A stretch of DNA of 64,000 bases, taken from Chiloscyllium plagiosum. Taxonomy: Eukaryota. The notes beneath the pieces are model-generated. The model worked only from the letters and a program-made list of their open reading frames with translations. It did not search any database and was not told the DNA's origin. The stretch spans positions 25,738,670-25,802,669 of the forward strand of contig NC_057718.1 of assembly GCF_004010195.1 (NCBI RefSeq), written 5' to 3'. Each line of letters opens with the position of its first letter. Position 1 is the first letter of the stretch. Positions 62,906-64,000 of this stretch are shown here, one piece after another. Made by a program: the position numbers and the translations under genes.

Positions 62906-63734
62906 TTTAAGGACTCTTTAAGACTCTTCAAGAAATCTTTGAGGACTTTCGTCTTTCCCAAAACACTGCCCACCTGAGAGTTATGAGAAACAAGAGCTGG
63001 CGGGACGTATCCTTCTTGACCATCTGGGCACAGTGTCCTATCCATTGGAGGTAATTTTGCAAAAGCATTGCTTGAGCTCTTATGAAGATGATTTCAAGGA
63101 ATCTGAAGAATACAGTGGAGCCACTGCCAGTGGTATCCCTTTAGAATTTTTATATGTTGCTGATAAGTCGAAGCAACCTATTCTCAATAGGCATACCTTA
63201 AAACAGCAAGGGAAAAGTATAGATTCATGTCCTTGCTTCATATTAAAATATGTTGAACTTAACATGTCGAATAAGGCTGGACAATTTCATTTAATAAGAG
63301 TATTCCAGATTGTATCATTTTCTTCGATAGCAAATGATACAATGTTAAGTTGATATCATTGTGTATAGTTAAGGGCATTAAGTCCTTGTTGCATGACATG
63401 AGATGTTGCCAACCCCTGATACCTCACCTAAGCAACTATTGTTGAGCATTGATAGAGTTTGCCAGTAAGCAGGTGATATCACAACTTAGCACAACCTGTT
63501 CCACCTTGTGTTAATAAGCACACACTTTAGTATAGTGACTGCTCAATAGGAATAATTTGTTCTGAAAAAGTACCTTCATTGGAGAAATCTGTCCCAAGGC
63601 ACTTCATAAAAAGAATGATCAGACAAAACTTGGCACAGAATGAAAAGATATGTTTGGAAGAATGCCAAAAGGTTTGGTCAAAGTACTCAGCTTTTAGGAG
63701 GAGGGAGTTTTGTAGCTTTCAACCTGGTGGCTTC

Positions 63735-64000
63735 TTTTTTATTCACTTATGGGACGTGGACATCACTGGCTGGGCAAACAGGGTGGTGACGAGCTGCCTT
63801 TTTGAACTGCTGCATTCTATTGGCTGTTGGTAGTGGCACTAAAAGAACAGTGATACGTTCAGGATGGTGAGTATCTTGGAGGGGAACTTTCAGGTGGTGG
63901 TGTTCCCCTGTATCTGCTACTGTTATGCTGTGAGGTGGATCTGGTATGGGGTTTGGAAGGCACTGTGTAAGGATCTGTGGTGGGTTTCTGCACACTTCTT
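63735..64000 (-). mobile_element. 3' end of a CR1/L2-group LINE (family of 60-370)
   Basis: Reverse complement of the motifs at 120-360. Confidence 0.55.

Noticed and set aside
62905..63035. Possible hAT-type terminal remnant (gaccatctgggcacagtg)
   Set aside because: No matching second TIR or 8-bp TSD was found.

Overview
Repeat-rich vertebrate genomic DNA. The repeat families (HE1-type SINEs, HER1/CR1 LINEs) indicate an elasmobranch, most likely a shark; this is an inference. The window is intronic sequence of a + strand ALK/LTK-family receptor tyrosine kinase gene. Two short coding exons are visible: 34638-34757 (120 nt, like ALK exon 2) and 61384-61539 (156 nt, start of the first MAM domain). 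They splice in frame, and the ORF track misses the second one. Most of the rest is decayed retroelements: many CR1 LINEs (one near full length with ORF1), Penelope-like elements (PLEs) with inverted architecture, HE1 and Deu-type SINEs, a Rex1/Babar LINE 3' end, three solo LTRs and a CpG-rich Tigger/pogo-like MITE. The most notable hidden signals are four. (1) About 20 copies, in three sequence families, of minimal type-I hammerhead ribozyme motifs, carried by PLE ends and by 118-220 bp PLE-type short elements with long TSDs. (2) A near-perfect 349-bp inverted duplication in intron 2. (3) An old duplicated unit with a TAATTA-containing ~40-bp minisatellite fragmented by later insertions. (4) A SINE insertion with a 47-bp target duplication. 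All coordinates were read by eye, and boundaries of decayed repeats are approximate.
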